Shown piece after piece: positions 38,063 to 47,035 of a DNA stretch of 49,667 nt. Numbering within the stretch: the first letter of the stretch is position 1; every line of letters begins with the position of its first letter. Where the stretch lies: the IMG/VR virus record IMGVR_UViG_3300042445_000915, positions 1 to 49,667 of that record; one strand, 5' to 3'. Origin of the DNA: a virus. Taxonomy: Duplodnaviria > Caudoviricetes. The notes under the pieces are model-generated. The model did not search any database and was not told where the DNA came from. It saw nothing but the letters and a program-made list of their open reading frames with translations. Position numbers and translations under genes: made by a program.

Positions 38063-40098
38063 TATCTTACTCTACCTTTAATATCTGCATCAGGAAACTT
38101 AATTTCAAAAACGGATGGGTCTAAAGATGGATAAACTATCTTATCTTTAGTAGCCGCATTTATATTATATGAATTTGGTGAATATTCTCCACCGCATTTA
38201 TTTGTTATTTTCATTGAAGGTACTGATTGTACACCTTCTATATTTGCTAATAGTAATTCAACTTCATTTAAATTTATTGTCTGATTAAATTGCCAATTAT
38301 TAACATCAAAATATTGTTTTAATTCTATTATTGCTTTTGTAAGTGTTTCATTTTTATTATAATTTGGATAAACTATAATTTCAAATTCCAACCCTATATT
38401 AATAACAAACCCATCATTTATATTAATACCATCAGTAAGCATTCTATATTCATTGAAGTATGTTTTAAGATTTTCTTTTACTGCTCTATTCAAATTTGTA
38501 ATATGTCCGTTTACATCATAACCTAACAAATACAAGTTAATTGCAAATGGATTATTTTTTTCATTTTCATTTGATGTTTTACCAATTAAAAATTTAGTAA
38601 TTTCACTTTGAACACTAGATAACGTTGGTTCTTCCGAGTCTGGCTTATTAACAAAACTCATAACTAAATCCGTAAATTCTTGCAAATGATTTGGAGATGC
38701 TAATATTGATGATGGTGAATTGTTATCTAATGTACCATCTGCAACCGCAAATGCTTTTGCAACAGAACCAAATTTAGTTGGCATTGATAAAGCTCTTATC
38801 TGATAATCTTTTGCAGTTACTGCTCTGTTTTGTGCTCCAAAATTTGCTAATGCATTTTGTCTAATTTCTTCAATAGTTTCTGGGCCTCTACCACCTACCG
38901 CTGGAACTTCATTATCAACTGCTAATGAATTTTTTGCTGAATTATATATAACTCTCTCAGCTGCGTTAAATAATGCTGTATTTTCTTCGAACTCTACTGA
39001 ATTTATTTTAGTGAGTTCACCAGTCGGTACATTTGAATTAACTCCCCCACCCGTATAATAACTTACAGTTATTGTTGTGTTTGCTGGTGATGTTCCGTAT
39101 GTTTTTGTTTTTAAGAAATTAGTTGGGTCAAATGATTCCTCTAATCTACTAATTGAATTCGGCAATCCTAATCCAACATTTTTAAGATTTGGAATTAATT
39201 GCTCATCAGATGCGGTTGGGTCACCAGCTCCAAATTGAATAGTTGTTGTACTATCTTCATTTATTTTAACAGTAAATCTTTTTGGAGTTTTTATTGTTTT
39301 TAAAATGTATGGAACTGTTGATTTAAATTGGTATAAATCCGGGTCATTTGATTCTACATTTGGATAATCTAAAAATATCATTTCCTGTGCTAGATATGGT
39401 ACTTCATAGTATTTGTTTCCATTACTATCTCTTACATCATATATTTGAATAACATTTGTTTCATCTAAATTTATAATTTGAAATGATTCATAGTTACCAA
39501 AATCAATTTCTTTTAATTGTCTTTCTGCTGATATTACTTGAACATATTTTTTTATTAAATAGAATGTAGCTTCTCCAGTGTTTATATCTCTTTCATATAT
39601 TACAATTTCTCTATCCGTTTCATTTGAAAAATCAACAACGTCAGTTGTTATAAATTGAACATTATTTTTAGATGAAGCTACAGTCATACCTTCCTTAATA
39701 CGAAGATAAAATCTAGCATCAGGTTCGTTATTTACACCAGTTCCAATTGATGGTACTAATTGATAAACAGATAATGTTGATATCGCAGGAGATGTTACTT
39801 TTGGTTTATATCCTAAAAATTGAGATAATGCTATCACACTTTGAATATCTTCAGCGTATGGCATTAACGATTCTTTTAAAGTATCATCTGTGTAATATGA
39901 TAAAACATCTCCAATATAAGATGCCATTTCTATAAACATCATACCAGGAGATGACTCATTAAAATCAGAATACGTTTTTGGAAAATAAGTTTTACTAAAT
40001 TCAATTAGATTCTCTCTAAAGCTTGCAAAATCTTTATTAAGGTATTTTATATCCTTTCCCTTATTCTTAAAGTTTTTATTTATTGTGTTTATAGCCAT
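38062..40098 (-). CDS. Baseplate wedge subunit (T4 gp6 / baseplate J-like)
   Basis: 678 aa; YLNKDFASFR...SDFNESSPGMMFIEMASYIGDVLSYY; GGRGPETIEEIRQNA...AQNRAVTAKDY; IEGVQSV. Confidence 0.9.
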   Translation of the reverse strand: MAINTINKNFKNKGKDIKYLNKDFASFRENLIEFSKTYFPKTYSDFNESSPGMMFIEMASYIGDVLSYYTDDTLKESLMPYAEDIQSVIALSQFLGYKPKVTSPAISTLSVYQLVPSIGTGVNNEPDARFYLRIKEGMTVASSKNNVQFITTDVVDFSNETDREIVIYERDINTGEATFYLIKKYVQVISAERQLKEIDFGNYESFQIINLDETNVIQIYDVRDSNGNKYYEVPYLAQEMIFLDYPNVESNDPDLYQFKSTVPYILKTIKTPKRFTVKINEDSTTTIQFGAGDPTASDEQLIPNLKNVGLGLPNSISRLEESFDPTNFLKTKTYGTSPANTTITVSYYTGGGVNSNVPTGELTKINSVEFEENTALFNAAERVIYNSAKNSLAVDNEVPAVGGRGPETIEEIRQNALANFGAQNRAVTAKDYQIRALSMPTKFGSVAKAFAVADGTLDNNSPSSILASPNHLQEFTDLVMSFVNKPDSEEPTLSSVQSEITKFLIGKTSNENEKNNPFAINLYLLGYDVNGHITNLNRAVKENLKTYFNEYRMLTDGININDGFVINIGLEFEIIVYPNYNKNETLTKAIIELKQYFDVNNWQFNQTINLNEVELLLANIEGVQSVPSMKITNKCGGEYSPNSYNINAATKDKIVYPSLDPSVFEIKFPDADIKGRVR

Positions 40099-40101
40099 TT
40101 T

Positions 40102-40530
40102 TTATACTTGTGCATTAAATGTTACAGTTTCCAAATTTGCAGTATCACCTACTCTAAAAGAAATAGAAACTTCTACGCTATTTGAATTTTTTAATTCGTT
40201 TGATTGGTTTATATCAATATTCTCAACAGTTATATATGGTAACCACAAAGCCATAGTATCAATTATTGTATTTTCCATTTTATCAGCAAATTCCTCATCA
40301 TTTATTTCAAATAAAAGTTCTTGCAATCCACTTCCAAATTCAGGTTGCATTATCCTTTCATATTTTTTAGTAAGTAATAAATTCTTTATATTAGACCTAG
40401 CTTGGTCTATTGTTTTAAAACTTTGATTAAATGCTGTATTACCTATTTGAATTGGCAAAGTGATACCAATAGCGTATTCTTCATACTCTTTTGTATCAAT
40501 CATCATTTTTTTACCAAGTACAATAGCCAT
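40102..40530 (-). CDS. Baseplate wedge / sheath initiator (T4 gp25 / gpW-like)
   Basis: 142 aa; SNIKNLLLTKKYERIMQPEFGSGLQELLFE...WLPYITV. Confidence 0.9.
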   Translation of the reverse strand: MAIVLGKKMMIDTKEYEEYAIGITLPIQIGNTAFNQSFKTIDQARSNIKNLLLTKKYERIMQPEFGSGLQELLFEINDEEFADKMENTIIDTMALWLPYITVENIDINQSNELKNSNSVEVSISFRVGDTANLETVTFNAQV

Positions 40531-41036
40531 TATTTCTTTTTAAATCTTTTTACAAGTTCTGAATAATCTCTATTTAGCGCTTTATCTATTTCAGCTACTC
40601 CAGTGTTTACACCCAATCCAGTTGGTTGAGGTCCTTTAGCCATTTCACCATACCCCATTTTCTCAGCTAATGCAGTTTTACCTACAATTGAACCCATATC
40701 ACCTTGTCCAAAGTTCATTGTTCTAAACCCACTATCTCCTTGCGGAATACCACCTCTTGTTTCATTAAGAATTTGGTTAATCATTGGATTTTTACTGTAT
40801 TGCTTTGTTGGTGCTGTTTGTTTAGTTTGCACTACTTCTTCAATTTGTTCATCATCTAACATAGCCTTAGCCATTGATAATCCAGTATTTTTAGGTTTTA
40901 CAGCAGTTTGTTTACCTTCTGCTATAAGTTTTTTCATTTCAGCCTTCACTGTTTCCTTAATTAATGCTGGAAGTTGTTCTTTTAATTCCTCTTTAATAAG
41001 GATTTGTATGGCCTTTAATAGTTTATCAGTATCCAT
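40530..41036 (-). CDS. Hypothetical protein
   Basis: 168 aa; coupled to the gp25-like gene; helical N-terminus IKEELKE. Confidence 0.55.
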   Translation of the reverse strand: MDTDKLLKAIQILIKEELKEQLPALIKETVKAEMKKLIAEGKQTAVKPKNTGLSMAKAMLDDEQIEEVVQTKQTAPTKQYSKNPMINQILNETRGGIPQGDSGFRTMNFGQGDMGSIVGKTALAEKMGYGEMAKGPQPTGLGVNTGVAEIDKALNRDYSELVKRFKKK

Positions 41037-41056
41037 ATTATCTCATTTGTTATGTT

Positions 41057-41065
41057 TATAAATAT
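41057..41065 (-). promoter_or_regulatory. Putative late promoter motif ATATTTATA
   Basis: 20 nt upstream of ATG at 41036. Confidence 0.55.
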
Positions 41066-41086
41066 TTGAATTGATTATTTTAAGAA

Positions 41087-42049
41087 TTAAGTCCAAAGAG
41101 TTGGGTCTTTTTGTAATTCTGTCCAATATTTTGTGAATTTTCGTATTCTATCATCCAATCCGTTATATCCACCATTTATTTTTTTGGTAACTACTTTAAT
41201 ACTTGTTGTGGTATCATCCACACATCTTTTACCTAATTTATTGCTTTTCCAAAACATACATGCTGTATCTGCATAATATTCGGATGCAACAATGTTTGGG
41301 TTACCTTCAAAATCAGCCCCAGCAACAGGTCCAAACTTTCTATAATTTGCTCTACCAGTTAGTTGTATGTATCCTCTACCCTTATATCTAACACCATCTC
41401 CTGTTTGAGTATTTCCCAAATCTGCTCTACCTTCATAAGCCTTTCCAGATGCAAGTTCTTGCTTATATATAAATCCACCCGATTCATGGTCACATTGTGC
41501 TAAGAAATGAGCCCTTTCTAAATTAGTAGTAGCAATTCCATATTTTTTCATTGCTATAACTAATTCATATGGTACTTTTACTTTAGTTTTATAATTTGGT
41601 TCAGGCTCAATACCACGTTTTGGTTTATCTTCTTCAGATAATTCTGGGTCTGGTTCACTTTCCGCATCTTGTATAAATTCCAATTCTGTTTGTTCTATTT
41701 GTTCAAATGTCGGTGGTTCTGATTCTTGTGGTACTTCAAATGCCACAACCGTTGCTTCATTTATATCAGCTCCTTCTAATGTAGCATTATCGGATGCCAA
41801 TAATTGAGCATCATTCATTTCTATCGCAGTTGTATCAACTTCTTCTATTGGAGCTACACTACTGCCCGGCTTTGCAGGTGTTACCGTATATCCTGTCCAC
41901 AAAATAATACCTGGTCCAGGAGTTTGTAATGGTGGATATAACGATACAGTATTAATCACACCACCTATTGTTGATAGATGTGAAGTTGCATAATTAATAA
42001 AATCATCTATTATTAAGCTTGTATTATTATTTGGAGATATTATTGACAT
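41087..42049 (-). CDS. GH19 (chitinase/lysozyme-like) peptidoglycan hydrolase with structural N-terminus and acidic linker
   Basis: 320 aa; AHFLAQCDHESGGF, YEGRADLGNTQTGDGVRYKGRGYIQLTGRANY, INGGYNGLDDR. Confidence 0.9.
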   Translation of the reverse strand: MSIISPNNNTSLIIDDFINYATSHLSTIGGVINTVSLYPPLQTPGPGIILWTGYTVTPAKPGSSVAPIEEVDTTAIEMNDAQLLASDNATLEGADINEATVVAFEVPQESEPPTFEQIEQTELEFIQDAESEPDPELSEEDKPKRGIEPEPNYKTKVKVPYELVIAMKKYGIATTNLERAHFLAQCDHESGGFIYKQELASGKAYEGRADLGNTQTGDGVRYKGRGYIQLTGRANYRKFGPVAGADFEGNPNIVASEYYADTACMFWKSNKLGKRCVDDTTTSIKVVTKKINGGYNGLDDRIRKFTKYWTELQKDPTLWT

Positions 42050-42055
42050 ATTATA

Positions 42056-43204
42056 TTATTCACTTGGGAGTACATATCCAACTATTGTTTTTTTGTTAGG
42101 AGTTTTTCTAAATACACCAACTCCGTTTCTATTAAATCCACCACCAGAAGTGTTCCCTTCAATTGTTGTGATAATACCATTTTCAATTTTTTCAACAATG
42201 CCAATATGATGTGCATCTGTAGATGAACCATATAAAATAGCAGCCCCTACTACCGGAGTTGTACTGAATAACTTATTTTTCTTTCCCCAATTCATCCAAA
42301 CATCACAAGATGCACTTCCAGGTTTTGGATATTTTGCACCAGCTGCTTTATACCATGTAGTAACTGCAGCTGCACACCAATAAGCTGGTCCGTTTATTCC
42401 TGTGTTTTTTAGCATTTCCAAAACTCTAGCTCCAGAGTTTTCAGGTTTATTTGGTGGTAACGGATTTTCAAGTGTACCGATATCCTTCTTAGCAAATTTT
42501 ACTATTTTTAAACCTATATTTAATAATTCTTCTTTATTTGGTTCTGTATTTGATTCATATGCGATTTCTTCTTCTACTACACCCTCATCATACGGTGCTG
42601 AAACGTTTTCTCCCGTTTCTAATCTAAATTCTTGAAATTCTATTTGCTCCTCAACCGCTTCTAGTTTAAATTCAGCTTCTTCTGATGGATTTTCTTGTAT
42701 TTCTTCTTGTAGTAATTCTTTCTCTTGTTTTGCAGCTTCTAAATCTTCTTTAGCTCCAATAATTTCTTCTTCTGACATTATTTGAGAAGCTTCTATTGCG
42801 GATGGTGTTGAAATTGTTAGTGGTGGTTGCCAAACACCAACATTATTTACTAAATTAGAAACTATTGAAACATTTATAGTTGAACCGGGTGCTGGTATTG
42901 TTGGTATTGGAAATTCATTTAAAATTGCACCACCCCAATATGCCAAAACTCCATTACCCATTTCCCCAACTAAATCATATGGGCCTGTTGATGATTGTCC
43001 TTTCAATAAAGCTGCTTTAAATATTTGAGTCATACCCTCAACATTACCTTGCTTAACTGCAATTCTATTTACACTATCACCTCCACGTTTAACTGCTCCA
43101 TCATATTCTATTGCCCACACTTTTGCAATAGTATCTATATCCTGAATTGCTTCTGGATTATTTGCATATCTCAAAATATTATCTTTAAATATTTGCCAAG
43201 ACAT
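42056..43204 (-). CDS. CHAP (NlpC/P60-fold) amidase/peptidase with structural N-terminus and acidic linker
   Basis: 382 aa; AYWCAAAVTTW, HHIGIVE, TTIEGNT. Confidence 0.85.
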   Translation of the reverse strand: MSWQIFKDNILRYANNPEAIQDIDTIAKVWAIEYDGAVKRGGDSVNRIAVKQGNVEGMTQIFKAALLKGQSSTGPYDLVGEMGNGVLAYWGGAILNEFPIPTIPAPGSTINVSIVSNLVNNVGVWQPPLTISTPSAIEASQIMSEEEIIGAKEDLEAAKQEKELLQEEIQENPSEEAEFKLEAVEEQIEFQEFRLETGENVSAPYDEGVVEEEIAYESNTEPNKEELLNIGLKIVKFAKKDIGTLENPLPPNKPENSGARVLEMLKNTGINGPAYWCAAAVTTWYKAAGAKYPKPGSASCDVWMNWGKKNKLFSTTPVVGAAILYGSSTDAHHIGIVEKIENGIITTIEGNTSGGGFNRNGVGVFRKTPNKKTIVGYVLPSE

Positions 43205-43205
43205 A

Positions 43206-44459
43206 TTAAGCTGTTTGATTTAATTTACTTAACACATTATCCAATTTAGATTGTATTGATGCAAATGTTGCTCTATTAACAGGACCTATTGCGGATGGGC
43301 CTGATGGTGTTAAATATTGTTGGTCTAATATTGCTTGAAGTAATTCGTTTAATAATTCTACTAATTTTTTACCTTTAACCATTGCTTCCAAATCCTCACT
43401 ACCCAAAAATATACTACCTTTACCACTTACAATATTAACATCTCTATCAGCAGTTACAATATTAATATCATCACCAACACTAATATCCATTCCCAATTTA
43501 GTATCAATAGAAACTGCGCCATCAGATACTATTCCAAAATTCTTTTTAGAATATATTAATGTTTCTGCATTCTTTGATGAAAGAATTATTCTACCAGAAC
43601 TCAATAACATTTGGTCTCCTATTAATTTTGGTAAATCGCCAAATGAATCAGGTTGTGTTTTGAAATCAGATTTTCCTTTATCATCAACAGTACCCGGAAT
43701 AAATCCAGATTGATGTTGTCCAGATGTCATAGCTATAATACTACCATCACGATTTATATCTTCTTCAATACTAACACCTCTTTCTTTTTTATTATTTTCA
43801 GAAGATTCTACATTTCTAATTATAAGCGTTGGTGCATATGCTGGTTTTGGATTTCCATTTGCATCTTGCCCACCATTTAAATTATTATAAGCTGAAAATC
43901 GTATGGATTGTCCAAATCTACTTTCTATTAAAGTATCACCCTCATATAATTTTAATTTATGTACTCCTGTTTGTGGTTGATAATAAGTTCCAAAAGAACC
44001 AGCAGCTTTTGATTCATCTTGATTAGTACCTACAATTTTAGTTTGTGCGGTAGATTGATAATTATTTACTGTTTGTTTTTCATCCTTTTCAGGAGAGAAG
44101 TTTTTTGCATTTGAATTTATAAATGCACTTTCGGTAGGATTATCATCCGTACCAATTCTTCTGTAATAAAAATTACCTTGCTCACCTTCATAAATTTCAA
44201 CTTGTTCATTTAATATCGGTAAACTTTTAAAATTTTTATCAAATGGATTTGCCTTTGGTAATTGTTGTGCCGGTATTGATAAATCACTACTTTGTCTATA
44301 TCGTATCTGTCCGATAGATTGAGAACCTAATTTATCTGCTTTAGCAAGAGAATCATTTTCATCAAGTATTATATGAGCAACAAAACCTACTTTTTTACTT
44401 AAATCTTGCTTTTGTACATCTACATTATTATTTGCTGATATTCTGCTTAACCTATCCAT
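43206..44459 (-). CDS. Baseplate hub/central spike (gp5/VgrG-like) without an internal lysozyme
   Basis: 417 aa; LPILNEQVEI OB-type end; YEGDTLIESRFGQSIRF; beta-helix-like repeats; C-terminal LTPSGPS. Confidence 0.65.
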   Translation of the reverse strand: MDRLSRISANNNVDVQKQDLSKKVGFVAHIILDENDSLAKADKLGSQSIGQIRYRQSSDLSIPAQQLPKANPFDKNFKSLPILNEQVEIYEGEQGNFYYRRIGTDDNPTESAFINSNAKNFSPEKDEKQTVNNYQSTAQTKIVGTNQDESKAAGSFGTYYQPQTGVHKLKLYEGDTLIESRFGQSIRFSAYNNLNGGQDANGNPKPAYAPTLIIRNVESSENNKKERGVSIEEDINRDGSIIAMTSGQHQSGFIPGTVDDKGKSDFKTQPDSFGDLPKLIGDQMLLSSGRIILSSKNAETLIYSKKNFGIVSDGAVSIDTKLGMDISVGDDINIVTADRDVNIVSGKGSIFLGSEDLEAMVKGKKLVELLNELLQAILDQQYLTPSGPSAIGPVNRATFASIQSKLDNVLSKLNQTA

Positions 44460-44460
44460 A

Positions 44461-44853
44461 TTATTTCATTTTCTTTTTTAGTTCTTCCATTTCAAATTCC
44501 AAATCATCAACTCTTTCAACTTCTTCCTTAGTATTTTCTAAATCTCTAAGTAATTGTTCTTTCTCAAATGGTGATAGGAATCCTTCTTGCCCTTCAGTCT
44601 TTTTATCAGCTGCTACAATCTTTGTAGCGATAGCTGCTAACTTAACCAAATGGTCATCATTTCTAATTGAACTATCTATTAGTGAATTGATTAATGGTCC
44701 TAAGTTACCCATATCGCTTGGACTTCTAACCATATTTTTTAAATCATTGATTAAATCGCTGATTCTTGCTTTCTTATGTACTTGGTTGTTGTATATATCC
44801 TGAAACAATCCATTTAGGGATTTGCCGGGAAATAATTCGAAATCGTTTGACAT
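44461..44853 (-). CDS. Hypothetical helical protein
   Basis: 130 aa; preceded by recurrent promoter motif. Confidence 0.55.
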   Translation of the reverse strand: MSNDFELFPGKSLNGLFQDIYNNQVHKKARISDLINDLKNMVRSPSDMGNLGPLINSLIDSSIRNDDHLVKLAAIATKIVAADKKTEGQEGFLSPFEKEQLLRDLENTKEEVERVDDLEFEMEELKKKMK

Positions 44854-44879
44854 ATTAATATATTTACATTTTGTATGTA

Positions 44880-44888
44880 TATAAATAT
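44880..44888 (-). promoter_or_regulatory. Putative late promoter motif ATATTTATA
   Basis: 26 nt upstream of ATG at 44853. Confidence 0.55.
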
Positions 44889-44909
44889 GATTCTATTAAA
44901 ATGTTGAAA

Positions 44910-45725
44910 TTAAACTGGGATTACTTCAATTGTAATCTTAGGTTGATATCCTTCAGGTAGTTGTCTATTGATACCTTTGAATTCGTTTACTTTGTTCTTA
45001 AAGTATGTTATTTGTAAAACCTTATCAGTTAGGTTCATTACAGTTTGAGATGATGTAGACATCTCTTTTGTATCTCTTTTCATATTCAATTGAGGTTTAG
45101 TTGGAAAGTATTCCTTTCTCATAGCTTGTGCTATTACTTTCCAATCTTCAACTTTATCAACTGATTTTTCAGCTGATATCTTTCTCAATTTTGAACTTAG
45201 ATATTTTTCACCATGTGTGTATCCAGCATCGGTGAACATATGTCCGTGATTTGTACGAACAACAGGTGATTCGGAGTTTTGAAGTTTAACATCCGGCTTA
45301 TGCTTCGATGTAGTTTCAATACTAACCATATGTTTTGGAGATGATACGAATGTATGACCTTTTAAAGACATCCCACTCTTGCCCTTATATGATAGTGTAG
45401 CTCGTACCGCATCCATTAGAGTAGGTTGCTTAATAATGTTTCTCATCTTATCCCCATCAGGTCCTGGCTTTCCAGCTTTCTTTACAAGCTTAGCTTCAGC
45501 TTCATCATGTCCAACTAATAGTGCTGCGTTTACAACACCGATTCCATTTTCGTTTAAACCTTCACTCCAATCAGTTATTAAATCGTGCAGATATGCAACT
45601 TCTACACCATCGATAATAGTGTGTACAATTTCTAAAGATGGATTATAAGCTCTATCTCTATTCTTAGCTAGGATAAATTTATCTTTTATCTCTTTAGATA
45701 CAATGATACACTCTGAAAGTTTCAT
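44910..45725 (-). CDS. Ntn-hydrolase (peptidase C45/C59, NRDE-like) with nucleophile Cys at position 6
   Basis: 271 aa; C6-IIVS...LAKNRD, EGLNENGIGVV, VRTNH. Confidence 0.75.
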   Translation of the reverse strand: MKLSECIIVSKEIKDKFILAKNRDRAYNPSLEIVHTIIDGVEVAYLHDLITDWSEGLNENGIGVVNAALLVGHDEAEAKLVKKAGKPGPDGDKMRNIIKQPTLMDAVRATLSYKGKSGMSLKGHTFVSSPKHMVSIETTSKHKPDVKLQNSESPVVRTNHGHMFTDAGYTHGEKYLSSKLRKISAEKSVDKVEDWKVIAQAMRKEYFPTKPQLNMKRDTKEMSTSSQTVMNLTDKVLQITYFKNKVNEFKGINRQLPEGYQPKITIEVIPV

Positions 45726-46073
45726 TTAATTAATATAGCAGTTAAGTTCGTATTCGTTTTGCCCACCATACATACTTCTAACAAGAGAACCATCTTTATC
45801 TCTTTTAAAAGTTCCCATATTATAGACTTGAATATGTAACAACTTTTTTTGTGGTTTTCCGTTTTTAGTTAATTCAATTGAAAATCTATTTGTTTTACCA
45901 GCAGATGGTTTTCTAGGGCCCATTCCTATTTTATTAAAAGAATCTTCATCATCAACTTCATATCCTTTTTTCTCCGCATATGCTTTAGCCGTAGCTATTG
46001 CTGCTGAGTATGTTTTATGGTATACTTGATAATCTACTTTTGCTTCTTTTAATATTTTCTTAAGACTTATCAT
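45726..46073 (-). CDS. Putative internal head protein with capsid-targeting-like leader
   Basis: 115 aa; N-terminus MISLKKILKE. Confidence 0.55.
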   Translation of the reverse strand: MISLKKILKEAKVDYQVYHKTYSAAIATAKAYAEKKGYEVDDEDSFNKIGMGPRKPSAGKTNRFSIELTKNGKPQKKLLHIQVYNMGTFKRDKDGSLVRSMYGGQNEYELNCYIN

Positions 46074-46074
46074 A

Positions 46075-46347
46075 TTAAAATCCTATTGAAATTACATCAC
46101 CATCCGCTTCAACCCAACGAATCTTTAATGCTAATAATTTTTTAAGAGTATCAGCTCCAAAACGATAACCAGTTCCAAAATTACCTCTTGCTGGAATATC
46201 TACAACCATTCCGTGAATACCAGAAAAAATTTGAGAATGGTCTGCACCAATTACTCTTTGAAATGCCACAACCTGTTTTTGTTGAATAGGTTTTAATTCT
46301 TTGAATTTTACTTCAGATGCTTCGTTTAGTTGAGTAAGCTTTATCAT
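46075..46347 (-). CDS. Putative internal head protein with capsid-targeting-like leader
   Basis: 90 aa; N-terminus MIKLTQLNE. Confidence 0.5.
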   Translation of the reverse strand: MIKLTQLNEASEVKFKELKPIQQKQVVAFQRVIGADHSQIFSGIHGMVVDIPARGNFGTGYRFGADTLKKLLALKIRWVEADGDVISIGF

Positions 46348-46348
46348 A

Positions 46349-46999
46349 TTATTTTTTTACTTTAATTTTCCAATATGTACCAAATCCAACATAAGGTGAG
46401 AACGAACCATTAGTTCCATCAACAGTTCTATTGTTTACACCAATGTTTAAGTTATAGATTTTATCTTTTTTAGTTTTAAGAATTAAACCAGCTCCAACTG
46501 CAGAAACATAATCTTCTTTGTTAAATCCAGCATTCAAACCATAATATAATTGAGTTTTTGCAGGCTCTTTAACAATCATAGTTTCTTTGATAGTTCTTTG
46601 TTTAACACTTGCGTTAAAAGTTCTACCTAAGATTTTGTTTTGTGAGATTGTATCTAATACCGATACCGTTCCTAATGAATCAGGTAAAACTAGTGTATCT
46701 TTGTATAATACTTTTGAGTAATAATCTTTTAATAATGCAGCCGTATCAATTACCGCTGGGATGATTACTTCTTTCTCAACAATTGTTTCATGATAGATAT
46801 CTTCACCTTTCTTAGTTATCACCTTAGTCTTTACAATATCAACCGTATCTATTTCGTGCTTAATTACTTCATATTTTTTACCCTCAATACGGATAGTTCT
46901 TCCACCTGGCATCACTCCACCTGGATTAAACCATTGTAAAAGAATGTAAATAACCAATGCTGCTATGGCAATGTTTTTGAAATTAACAAATTTTTTCAT
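46349..46999 (-). CDS. Envelope protein: N-terminal TM helix, beta-rich stalk, C-terminal amphipathic beta-strands (spanin-like candidate)
   Basis: 216 aa; IAIAALVIYILLQWF; LYYGLNAGF...SPYVGFGTYWKI. Confidence 0.6.
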   Translation of the reverse strand: MKKFVNFKNIAIAALVIYILLQWFNPGGVMPGGRTIRIEGKKYEVIKHEIDTVDIVKTKVITKKGEDIYHETIVEKEVIIPAVIDTAALLKDYYSKVLYKDTLVLPDSLGTVSVLDTISQNKILGRTFNASVKQRTIKETMIVKEPAKTQLYYGLNAGFNKEDYVSAVGAGLILKTKKDKIYNLNIGVNNRTVDGTNGSFSPYVGFGTYWKIKVKK

Positions 47000-47017
47000 A
47001 ATATATTATTTTATGTG

Positions 47018-47026
47018 TATAAATAT
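47018..47026 (-). promoter_or_regulatory. Putative late promoter motif ATATTTATA
   Basis: 18 nt upstream of ATG at 46999. Confidence 0.55.
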
Positions 47027-47035
47027 TGATTTATT

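Noticed and set aside
2360-45648. Short plus-strand and alternate-frame ORFs in the supplied track (e.g. 9874-10239, 15918-16328, 34247-34654, 44432-44803)
   Set aside because: They lie antisense to or inside strong minus-strand genes, with shadow-like composition and no promoter motif.
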